Source: Gammaproteobacteria bacterium (GTDB lineage Bacteria > Pseudomonadota > Gammaproteobacteria > SZUA-229). Taken from it: a DNA stretch of 56,302 nt. Each line of letters opens with the position of its first letter. The first letter of the stretch is position 1. The position numbers and the translations under genes were made by a program. The notes under the pieces were generated by a model, which was not told the DNA's origin, searched no databases, and was given only the letters and a program-made list of their open reading frames with translations. Shown here piece by piece: positions 1-8,423 of the stretch. Where the stretch lies: the NCBI GenBank assembly GCA_030595185.1, contig JAUVDT010000003.1, positions 1 to 56,302 of the forward strand, in the 5' to 3' direction.

Positions 1-12
1 CCTAGACATAAA

Positions 13-2661
13 TTACTCTGATAATAACTGCTTTAACTCTGGCACACATGAGCCACAATTAGTTCCCGCTTTTAATAACTCACCTATTTCTTCTGCTGTT
101 GTTAATTTATTTTCTACTATGCACTGCTTAATCGTATTAATGCCCACACCAAAACATGCGCAAATAACTCGTCCAGAATCGGCTTTAGGGTCTGTAGGCT
201 TACCGGTTAATAAACTAATACGATCAGCCTCTTCTAACTGATCATTATCAAATAATTTTGCTAACCAGTCACGTTCAGGCAAATTCAAATCGGGGCCGAT
301 AAAAATACAACTTTCTAAATGATCATTTTCAATGCGCGCCGCGCGGTAACGCAAACTTGCCTGATCAAAATATTCTACCCAATTCACATCATCTGATTTT
401 GTGCATAATAAGTCTCTTGCACAGGCCGCCCAATCCTCAGCAGATTCATCACCTGCCAATTCATAGCGCCACATACCATGACCTTTAGAGCTGGACCAAT
501 AGGTTGCATTTTTTATATCAAGCTTTCGGCGCGATAATAAAAAACCAAACCACTTAGCATTATAGGTTTTTATTTTTACAGGAGTATATTTAAACTCCGG
601 CTGACCAGAAACAGGATCACAATTATTACCTACTAATGATCCTACACCCGCTTTACTGGCAAACTGATGACTCCAGTGTATCGGTACAAACACATTTCCT
701 TTTTGTTGTGAATCACTTACTACTGCCCTGACAATTACCTCTGCCTTGTCACTGCTCACTGTAACCAGACTATTATTCTCAACTTTAAATTGATGCGCAT
801 CGTCAGGGTGAAGTTCAACGTAAGGCTCTATTATATGAGCCGATAGAATAGCGGACTTACCGGTTCTCGTCATTGTGTGCCATTGATCTCGAATACGCCC
901 TGTATTCAAAACTAATGGATAATTCTCATTCACATTTGAGGCTGGTGTCTTTGCTTTTACTGTAATAAATTGTGCTTTTTTTGATGGCGTAAAAAACAAA
1001 CCATCAACAAACATTCGCTCTGTGCCTTCAGGCGATTTTCTATTAACGGGCCACTGCACAGGTTCTAAATCATCATACCCTCGATAACTAACATCACTGA
1101 ACAAACTGATATCAAAATCACGTCGCCCATTATTCTTATGACCTGACAGTGCAGCATGCTCTATAAAAATATCCCGAGGTTCTTCATAATTAAATTTTTC
1201 AGCAAAACCCATACGCTTTGCAACTTCAGAGATAATCCACCAATCTGGTTTTGCATCCCCTGGTATCGGTAAAAAGGAACGCTGTCGAGTAATTCTGCGT
1301 TCCGAATTTGTAACAGTACCATCACGTTCTCCCCATGTTTGCCCGGGTAATAAAACATCGGCATATTTTGTGGTATCGGTTTCTCTCACACAATCTGATA
1401 CCACTACAAACTCACATTTTTCTAATGCTTCTCGTACAAATTCAGTATCAGGTAAACTAACAGCCGGATTCGTTGCCATAATCCAAAGTACTTTTATTTT
1501 TCCTTCATGCACAGCTTTAAATAAATCAACTGCTTTCAGACCTTCTTGTTTAGCAATATAGGGAGACTGCCAAAAAGTTTGCACTAAATTCTGATGATCT
1601 TTATTTTCCAGTGCCATGTGCGCTGCCAGTTGATTTGACAAGCCACCAACTTCTCTACCACCCATAGCATTAGGCTGGCCAGTAAATGAAAAAGGTCCCA
1701 TGCCAGGACGGCCAATTCGCCCTGTTATTAAATGGCAATTGATAATAGAGTTAACACGATCAGTTCCATTCGACCATTGATTAATACCTTGAGAATAAAC
1801 GGTAACAACACGCTCTGTGCGTGCAAACAATCTAAAAAAGTTTTCTATGCTTTCTTTTGATAAACCACAAAAGCTGGCTACTTTCTCAATATCACCCGCA
1901 CTTTCTTTCGCTTCTGCAATTGCTGCGTCAAAGCCTTCAGTATTATTGCTTATGAACTTATTATTTTTTTCAGTTGATCCATCTAAATAAGTTAATAAAC
2001 CATTAAATAGTACATGATCTGTTCCCGCTTTTATTGCTAAATGCACATCGGCAATATCCACACTAGCAGTTTTTCGAGGATCAACAACTACAATCGTTAA
2101 ATCAGGGTTATTACGCTTTGCTTTTTTAATGCGTTGAAATAAAACAGGATGGCACCACGCGGTATTGGAACCCGTTAGAATAATTAATTTTGCGCACTCA
2201 AGGTCTTCATAAGAACAAGGAACCGTATCAGAACCGAATGCTCTTTTATAACCGGCAACCGCTGATGACATGCAAAGCCGGGAGTTAGTATCGATATTAC
2301 CGCTACCAATAAATCCTTTCATTAATTTATTAGCGACGTAGTAATCTTCTGTTAATAATTGTCCGGAAACATAAAAAGCAACAGAACCAGGTCCATGATT
2401 ACGAACAGCTGAGGATAATTTATCAGCAACCAGATTTAAGGCATTAAGCCAGTTCTCTGTCTCCCCATCCACTTCAGGATATAACAAGCGGCCGTCATAA
2501 CCCACTGTATCTGCAAGCGCGGCTCCTTTCGAACAAAGATTACCGAAATTAGCCGGATGATCTGGATCACCGGTTACAACAATCTTGCCCTCTTCACTTA
2601 GCGATGCAATGACACCACAACCGACACCACAATAAGGACAAGTTGTTTTTACTTTATTCAT
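13..2661 (-). CDS. nasA: Assimilatory nitrate reductase catalytic subunit (Mo-bisPGD) with C-terminal BFD-like [2Fe-2S] domain
   Basis: N-terminal CPYCGVGC...C 4Fe-4S motif, NIDTNSRLCMSSA active-site loop, GQPNAMGGRE, QWHTMTRTG, C-terminal VICACFGVG...CGSC; no Tat signal; last gene of the nirBD operon. Confidence 0.93.
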   Translation of the reverse strand: MNKVKTTCPYCGVGCGVIASLSEEGKIVVTGDPDHPANFGNLCSKGAALADTVGYDGRLLYPEVDGETENWLNALNLVADKLSSAVRNHGPGSVAFYVSGQLLTEDYYVANKLMKGFIGSGNIDTNSRLCMSSAVAGYKRAFGSDTVPCSYEDLECAKLIILTGSNTAWCHPVLFQRIKKAKRNNPDLTIVVVDPRKTASVDIADVHLAIKAGTDHVLFNGLLTYLDGSTEKNNKFISNNTEGFDAAIAEAKESAGDIEKVASFCGLSKESIENFFRLFARTERVVTVYSQGINQWSNGTDRVNSIINCHLITGRIGRPGMGPFSFTGQPNAMGGREVGGLSNQLAAHMALENKDHQNLVQTFWQSPYIAKQEGLKAVDLFKAVHEGKIKVLWIMATNPAVSLPDTEFVREALEKCEFVVVSDCVRETDTTKYADVLLPGQTWGERDGTVTNSERRITRQRSFLPIPGDAKPDWWIISEVAKRMGFAEKFNYEEPRDIFIEHAALSGHKNNGRRDFDISLFSDVSYRGYDDLEPVQWPVNRKSPEGTERMFVDGLFFTPSKKAQFITVKAKTPASNVNENYPLVLNTGRIRDQWHTMTRTGKSAILSAHIIEPYVELHPDDAHQFKVENNSLVTVSSDKAEVIVRAVVSDSQQKGNVFVPIHWSHQFASKAGVGSLVGNNCDPVSGQPEFKYTPVKIKTYNAKWFGFLLSRRKLDIKNATYWSSSKGHGMWRYELAGDESAEDWAACARDLLCTKSDDVNWVEYFDQASLRYRAARIENDHLESCIFIGPDLNLPERDWLAKLFDNDQLEEADRISLLTGKPTDPKADSGRVICACFGVGINTIKQCIVENKLTTAEEIGELLKAGTNCGSCVPELKQLLSE

Positions 2662-2761
2662 TCGATATCCCGATACAACTAGACATAAGGTATAAGTAAT
2701 TTAGACCCTTCGATTTATTATATATTGCTTACTGAACTTTTGTGATAGCAAATCACTATAA

Positions 2762-3112
2762 TTATGAATCAAATAATAACTCACGAATAAAACCTTTATT
2801 TAATACATGGTTTTTAACGACTCGTTGGTATTCTTTAAAAGCACTTTTAAGGTAAATTCTAAGCCAAAAGAGCACACCCGGTATAAAAAATGCGGTGTAC
2901 CAAATATATTCAGCCGACACTGGAGATAATATAAGGAGAAGAAATAAAAGATAGAAAGGCCAAACCAGAATCAAACCGCAGCTAATGTATTTAATGATCA
3001 GTACGATCATCGCGACAAGACGATTGAATCGTTGTTTGCGCGAATGATAAACAGACCAAAATACAGCCTTTTCTAATTCACTGGCGTCTTCTCTAAGGGA
3101 TTTAGAAACCAT
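2762..3112 (-). CDS. Small hypothetical membrane protein (about 2 TM)
   Basis: 116-aa ORF with hydrophobic stretches, co-oriented between the DsrC-like gene and nasA. Confidence 0.6.
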   Translation of the reverse strand: MVSKSLREDASELEKAVFWSVYHSRKQRFNRLVAMIVLIIKYISCGLILVWPFYLLFLLLILSPVSAEYIWYTAFFIPGVLFWLRIYLKSAFKEYQRVVKNHVLNKGFIRELLFDS

Positions 3113-3137
3113 AAAACGACAAACAGACAGTGATGCT

Positions 3138-3494
3138 TTAGTGTTCGCCTTTGGTTCTCATCAAACCTGCCAGACGATTACCTTGCTTTTGTGGCCCACC
3201 ATATGGAAATATTTTATGTAGGTAAGTACTATTTCCACGCTCTTCACCCCATGCTGTTTTAAAGTATTTTACAATTTTACGAACTTCTGCTTGAGCGCTA
3301 TGCTGCTCATAAAATTTTCGTAAAAAATAAACCACATCCCAAACCTCATCTGTTAAATCAAGTTGTTCAGATTTTGCCTGTGCACGAACAAAGTCCTCAC
3401 TCCATTCATCCATGTTAACGATATAACCTTCACTACAGGTCAAAACAACTATTCCGTTAACATCCAACTCTTTTGTCTGCATATTTGCGTACAT
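3138..3494 (-). CDS. DsrC/TusE/DsvC-fold protein lacking the C-terminal catalytic cysteines
   Basis: EGYIVNMDEWSE, LTDEVWDVVYFLRKFY and YLHKIFPYGGPQKQGNRLAGL match the DsrC/TusE pattern, but the protein ends RTKGEH with no Cys in the tail. Confidence 0.88.
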   Translation of the reverse strand: MYANMQTKELDVNGIVVLTCSEGYIVNMDEWSEDFVRAQAKSEQLDLTDEVWDVVYFLRKFYEQHSAQAEVRKIVKYFKTAWGEERGNSTYLHKIFPYGGPQKQGNRLAGLMRTKGEH

Positions 3495-3527
3495 AATAAA
3501 ACCTTTTAAAAATATTTAATTTCATTT

Positions 3528-3560
3528 CGTCATTCCGGAAATCTTTTAGCTGGAATGACG
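3528..3560. repeat. Collapsed GTCATTCC...GGAATGAC palindromic (REP-like) element
   Basis: cgtcattccgg-aaatcttttag-ctggaatgacg; same termini as the longer copy at 49828-49916. Confidence 0.65.
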
Positions 3561-3568
3561 GATACCTA

Positions 3569-5428
3569 TTAATGTATATCTGGTAAAACACCAACTTGTG
3601 GCATATCTGCTAAACCAGTTTCTCTTGCATGTTCCTGGAAACCTTTATTACGCCAGAAAAAGGCTCCCGGCATTGTTGTTGGTATAACCAATACATAAAA
3701 TAATGCACGACCAATGTAAGCTGCACTTACTATTGTTAAAATAGCAATCACCCATAACATAAGAGCAACAGCACCTTCCGCTTGCAACAACATTAACAAG
3801 GTAACTATCACTATGCCTGCGAATAACAATGCATTTCGTAATAGATATGTTTTTCCAAATGTCGTTATTTGTTCGTAATAAGAAGCAGCGCCTTCTCCGC
3901 CATTCTTTTTCAAATCTGAACGATGACGAACTAAACCAAAGCCTTCGATAACTAAACCCGCAAGCAGCGGTAAAGCCACATAATTTATCAATGGTAATAT
4001 CGACTGTCCTTCAAACACAGCAACTGAACCAAAAGCAATCAACACAATAACAGCACCCAAACTGAACATGGAGCCATAAAATGATGAAAGTACTTGCCAG
4101 TGGTTCCAAAAGGGACGTGCTTTAATACGATAAATACTGTGCATAAAATACAAAGCAACAGGACCCGCAACTACAGCACCCCAGCCCATAATTGTTTGTA
4201 ACGACTGCAACCAACCTGTTGGTAGCCATGTAAACAAACCACTAAATACTGTTAACACGGTGTACGCTGCAAACAAATTAAAGAACACGGCGATACTTGC
4301 CACTTCACGACTGACCGGTGAATACTTTAAATTATTAAAGGCGCGATAAAAACGATGTGGTTTGCCCAGGTGCATTGTTGATAAAGCCAATGCAAAAGTT
4401 TCCAAACCTAATAGTGCAAACAGTGTAATAGGAAATGCTATTGGATAGTACTCAATACTTAATTCTGTGAAACCTAACATTGGCCCAAAAGTAGAAGACA
4501 GAAACATCATTAAAAACGCACCAATCACACCCTGACTGATTAAAGTAAAAACAACTAAAGGATCTTCTCGCGAACGTAACTTAGCCAGGTTCCATTCTTT
4601 TGATTTACCCGTTTCATGAACTTTAGTATGGAATGAATTCTCGCCCAGACGACCTTGTTCATCCTGTTCATAACGTAACGGCATACTGTCAGTACGTGTC
4701 ATTTCACGAGGCAATGTTTTTGTTTGTTCAAAACGAATATTTGGGTTTGTAATATCAGGTGATGGAAAACCGGGGATACTTGTTTCTAGCTGATCACGAT
4801 TTTCTGGCGTGGTTTCAATCACACCAAAATCTAATGCACTACCCAGACAAGCGGCAACACACGCTGGCTTCAACCCTACCTCTAAACGATCAACGCACAT
4901 ATTACATTTATGCACATGGCCTTTTGTCATATCTAATTGAGGCGCATTGTATGGACACACCCATGTGCAATAACCACAACCAAAACAAATATCAGGGTCT
5001 TGTAATACCGCACCGTATTCAGCAAACTTTGTATAAGCACGCGTTGGACAGCCTTTCAAACAAACTGGATCATCACAATGGTTACAGGCCATCGAAATAT
5101 TAAGACGTGTGTAATTTGGATACGTACCACCTTCAACATAACCAACCGCACGGTAAGCTAAATGCGGTGGTAAATCATTCTTTTCACTACACGCAGATTC
5201 ACAGGCATGACATGAAATACAGTTATCCGCATTAAAATAAAAACCGTGCTGCTTATAACGATTTGGATTTTCACCTATCGAACTATCGCCATTAATATTT
5301 AAACTTTTACCAGCAAGGTCTTCACATTCTTTAATTAAATCGATCGATTTTCCATATTGATTTAATTCAGGTGAATCCACGTTGGGAATAAACGCATAGT
5401 CTGGTTCTTTTTCACGTACTTTAAACAT
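3569..5428 (-). CDS. Fused DmsB-like 4x[4Fe-4S] subunit + DmsC/NrfD-type membrane anchor
   Basis: Four Cys groups (CISCHACESAC; CNHCDDPVCLKGCP; CFGCGYCTWVCP; CNMC...CVAAC), then PLVVFTL, STMHLGKPHRFYRAFNNLKYSPVSRE and about 8 TM helices ending in IGRALFY. Confidence 0.88.
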   Translation of the reverse strand: MFKVREKEPDYAFIPNVDSPELNQYGKSIDLIKECEDLAGKSLNINGDSSIGENPNRYKQHGFYFNADNCISCHACESACSEKNDLPPHLAYRAVGYVEGGTYPNYTRLNISMACNHCDDPVCLKGCPTRAYTKFAEYGAVLQDPDICFGCGYCTWVCPYNAPQLDMTKGHVHKCNMCVDRLEVGLKPACVAACLGSALDFGVIETTPENRDQLETSIPGFPSPDITNPNIRFEQTKTLPREMTRTDSMPLRYEQDEQGRLGENSFHTKVHETGKSKEWNLAKLRSREDPLVVFTLISQGVIGAFLMMFLSSTFGPMLGFTELSIEYYPIAFPITLFALLGLETFALALSTMHLGKPHRFYRAFNNLKYSPVSREVASIAVFFNLFAAYTVLTVFSGLFTWLPTGWLQSLQTIMGWGAVVAGPVALYFMHSIYRIKARPFWNHWQVLSSFYGSMFSLGAVIVLIAFGSVAVFEGQSILPLINYVALPLLAGLVIEGFGLVRHRSDLKKNGGEGAASYYEQITTFGKTYLLRNALLFAGIVIVTLLMLLQAEGAVALMLWVIAILTIVSAAYIGRALFYVLVIPTTMPGAFFWRNKGFQEHARETGLADMPQVGVLPDIH

Positions 5429-5439
5429 TTGTTTCTCTT

Positions 5440-5590
5440 TTTTACCGCTAATAAACGCGAATGAACGCGATTAAAAGCATAAATCAATTCAACATCTATT
5501 TTTGACGCAAAACCCGCAGAGGCGCAAAGAAAATAATTTTTAAAACTACTTTATTAAATTTGCATTTATTTGCGTTTATTTGCGGTAAAA
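5440..5590. repeat. Inverted pair of 10-mer tandem repeats, with a partial 9-mer-type repeat inside
   Basis: ttttaccgctaataaacgcgaatgaacgcga (from 5440) pairs imperfectly with ttgcatttatttgcgtttatttgcggtaaaa (to 5590); gacgcaaaacccgcagaggcgcaaaga at about 5504-5530. Confidence 0.7.
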
Positions 5591-5596
5591 ACATTT

Positions 5597-7771
5597 TTAA
5601 TAAGCTCGCGCCGCTTTATTACGTACTGCCGCAGCACCCTGATTTACTATCGGTTCAATTTTCACAGCGCATTGTTTAAATGCTGGCTGTCTTGAATGCG
5701 GGTCTAATAAACCCAAAGCCAAACGATTCACACATTCATGAAAATGAAATGGTACGAAAACCATATTGGGTGAAACACGTTGCGTGGTTTGTACCATGAC
5801 AACCGCATCACCACGACGCGTAGTTAGTCGTGCATAACTACCATGTTCCACGCCTAACTTTTTCGCCGCATCTGGATTCATTTCCATATATGGCGTTGGA
5901 CTAAATTTATTTAAGTTACCCACTTTACCGGTACGGGTACGCGTATGAAAATGTTCAACAACGCGACCACTGTTTAACCAGAACGGGTAATCATCACAAG
6001 GACGTTCGTTGTCATCAACAAACGGTAAAGGAATTAATTTTGCTTTTTGGTCAGCGTGCTGGAATTCACCATCGGTGTACAACCGTGGAGAGCCTTCTTC
6101 CGCATCTTCAGAAAACGGCCATTGTATACCGCGCTTCTCTTCAATTTTATCGTAAGTCAAACCCGAGTAATCTAACATTCGACCTTTTGAAAGCTCGCGC
6201 ATTTCATTAAATGCACCTTCTGTGTTTTCTGGGAACGTTACACTGTGATCAAAACGTTTTGCCATTTCATTGAAAATCCAAAAATCAGGCTTTGATTCTC
6301 TAAATGGTTCCACAACATTTCGAGTTAAGTTAACGCGACGCTCTGTATTGGTGAAACAACCTTCTTTCTCTGCCCAAACTGCAGCAGGGAAATACACATG
6401 ACTGTATTCATTAGTTTCAACATCTTCATACGCATCTTGCACGACTAAAAAGTCCAACTTCTCCATGATCTTTCTCATGCGCGCTGTATTAGTCATTGAT
6501 GTCATTGGATTAGTCGCAATAATCCACAAGCCTTTTATTTGTCCTGTTTCTATTGCAGGAAAAATATCAGTCATAAACAGACCACGCTCTTTTGGAAAAA
6601 ACTCTTCGTCTACATTCCAAAATTCTGCAATTTCTTTTCGATGTTCTGCATTCTCAAGGGCACGATAACCTGGCAAACCGGAACACGAGGACCACTCTCT
6701 TGTTCCCATTGCATTGCACTGACCAGTAATCGACAAACTCGTCCCTCCGGGTTTGCCGATATTTCCAGTGATCAGATTCAGGTTATTGATACCTACCACG
6801 CCATCCGAACCATGCATGCTCTGGTTAATACCCATAGTCCAAATTGTCATTGCAGCACCGGCTTTGGCATAAGTGCGCGCAACGTGTCGAATCATGTCGG
6901 CATCAATGCCACAGATTCTTGATGCTGATTCCGGATCGTACTCCGCAACCAACTTTTCAAAACTTTCTATATCAGAAGTATGCGCTTCCATATAAGCACG
7001 ATCTTCAAGACCTTCTTTTATAATGACATGCGCCAGTGAATTTAATAAAACAACATCAGTACCCGGTGTCACTGGCAAATGAATATCCGCCATTTGTGCC
7101 AGCATCGTAACGCGAGGATCAACCACGATTAACGGAAACTTTTTCTTTTCCATCGCTGCTTTTAAACGGTAATAAATTACAGGGTGTTGTTCAGGTAAAT
7201 TAGATCCGATTGCTAACAAACAATCAGTGTGCTCAAAATCGTCATAACAACCCGGCGGGCCATCCGATCCAAATGAGCGCTTGTAACCAGATGCAGCAGA
7301 TGACATGCACAATGTCGTATTACCATCGTAATTATTTGTGCCAATTACACCACGCGCCAACTTACCTAAAGTATAAAACTCTTCGGTCATAATTTGACCT
7401 GTTGACACAATCGCAAATGAATCACGACCATACTTTTCTTGAATGCGCTTTATTTCGCTGGCTGTTTTATCTAATGCCTCATCCCAGCTCGCTTCTTTAA
7501 ATTCGTCGAAACGTTTTTTGCGCATGAGTGGCACACGACCACGACCTGCTGATTTAAATAATTCGTGTTCAAAAATACCTTTCAGACATAACTTACCGCG
7601 ATTCACATCCGCATCAGCTACGCCTCGCGATGTAACTGCATCTCCTTTTTTATCCAGACCGACTTCAATCGAGCAACCAGTAGAGCAATAACCACAAGTT
7701 GTGTATTTCCATTCCACCACGCCTTTGTCGGCGATTTTAATTGGATTTTTTTTGTTACGTCCGAAAAGCAT
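5597..7771 (-). CDS. Nas/NarB-related Mo-bisPGD oxidoreductase catalytic subunit (divergent subfamily, no Tat signal)
   Basis: CGYCSTGC...LCLKG, NYDGNTTLCMSSA, SITGQCNAMGTRE, EGCFTNTERR, HFHTRTRTG, DPHSRQPAFK; no C-terminal BFD domain. Confidence 0.88.
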   Translation of the reverse strand: MLFGRNKKNPIKIADKGVVEWKYTTCGYCSTGCSIEVGLDKKGDAVTSRGVADADVNRGKLCLKGIFEHELFKSAGRGRVPLMRKKRFDEFKEASWDEALDKTASEIKRIQEKYGRDSFAIVSTGQIMTEEFYTLGKLARGVIGTNNYDGNTTLCMSSAASGYKRSFGSDGPPGCYDDFEHTDCLLAIGSNLPEQHPVIYYRLKAAMEKKKFPLIVVDPRVTMLAQMADIHLPVTPGTDVVLLNSLAHVIIKEGLEDRAYMEAHTSDIESFEKLVAEYDPESASRICGIDADMIRHVARTYAKAGAAMTIWTMGINQSMHGSDGVVGINNLNLITGNIGKPGGTSLSITGQCNAMGTREWSSCSGLPGYRALENAEHRKEIAEFWNVDEEFFPKERGLFMTDIFPAIETGQIKGLWIIATNPMTSMTNTARMRKIMEKLDFLVVQDAYEDVETNEYSHVYFPAAVWAEKEGCFTNTERRVNLTRNVVEPFRESKPDFWIFNEMAKRFDHSVTFPENTEGAFNEMRELSKGRMLDYSGLTYDKIEEKRGIQWPFSEDAEEGSPRLYTDGEFQHADQKAKLIPLPFVDDNERPCDDYPFWLNSGRVVEHFHTRTRTGKVGNLNKFSPTPYMEMNPDAAKKLGVEHGSYARLTTRRGDAVVMVQTTQRVSPNMVFVPFHFHECVNRLALGLLDPHSRQPAFKQCAVKIEPIVNQGAAAVRNKAARAY

Positions 7772-7844
7772 ACTCTATTCGTCTCTTAAATTTTTTGATC
7801 CCGGCAATACTATGCCGACTTTAAGCTTATGGCCTTTGTTCTTT

Positions 7845-7958
7845 AAGTCGTAAGTCTTGAGTCTTGAGTCTTGAGTCTTGAGTCCAAAATCTAAAGTCAG
7901 AAGCCTTAAATATTTTGTCTTTTAACTTACGACTTTGAACTTACGACTTCTGACTTTT
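7845..7958. repeat. Inverted arrays of heptamer tandem repeats (RAGTCNN)n ... (RACTTNN)n
   Basis: aagtcgt aagtctt gagtctt gagtctt gagtctt gagtcca (7845-7886) and aacttac gactttg aacttac gacttct gactttt (7924-7958). Confidence 0.8.
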
Positions 7959-8294
7959 TTATTCGTTCGGACAACCTTCATTTGCAGTCAGCGAGAGCAT
8001 AATCGTTTCACCTTCCATTTTTACCGGATAAGTTGCAGCACAACCTTCATCAGGTGCCACTGCTGTTCCTGACTCTAATTCAATTTTCCAATCGTGCATT
8101 GGGCAAGCGACTTTATTCCCCATCACCAGACCTTGTGACAACTGCCCACCTTTATGCGGGCATTTATCTGCAACAGCAAAAATTTTATCTTCTGCTGTTC
8201 TGAAAACGGCAATATTGCCTGCCGCCACTTCAACAACACGGGCACCCAGCTTTGGTATGTCGTTCAATGTTCCTACTTCTATCCAATCACTCAT
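7959..8294 (-). CDS. nirD: Nitrite reductase (NADH) small subunit, Rieske-type
   Basis: IAVFRT, CPHKGGQLSQG, VACPMHDW; directly downstream of nirB. Confidence 0.93.
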   Translation of the reverse strand: MSDWIEVGTLNDIPKLGARVVEVAAGNIAVFRTAEDKIFAVADKCPHKGGQLSQGLVMGNKVACPMHDWKIELESGTAVAPDEGCAATYPVKMEGETIMLSLTANEGCPNE

Positions 8295-8321
8295 AACTAA
8301 ACCTCTTTAAATTTAAAATCC

Positions 8322-8404
8322 ACCGCTGAGATGCGGAGGCGCAGAGATTTTTTAATTATATCTTTTTAGTTCTGGAAACCTCCGCGTCTCTGCGCCTCTG
8401 CGGT
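8322..8404. repeat. Inverted pair of 9-mer tandem repeats (cgcagag-type)
   Basis: accgctgagatgcggaggcgcagag (8322-8346) pairs with ctccgcgtctctgcgcctctgcggt (8380-8404). Confidence 0.75.
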
Positions 8405-8423
8405 AGGTCTTTATTTAATATTT

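Noticed and set aside
3138-3494. Calling this gene tusE or dsrC, or inferring a dsr sulfur pathway
   Set aside because: The essential C-terminal Cys is absent and no tusBCD/dsrEFH/dsrAB genes are in the window
3569-7771. Calling the module dmsABC, napA or formate dehydrogenase
   Set aside because: No twin-arginine leader, a Cys-Met (Nas/Nap-like) active-site loop rather than the DmsA Ser or Fdh Cys/Sec-His, and no napB/C/D
7801-7817. Internal sigma54 promoter before the Mo subunit (also a GG...GC pair at about 24286-24299)
   Set aside because: GG-to-GC spacing is 9 nt rather than the required 10 in both cases; 7801-7817 is better read as a small hairpin
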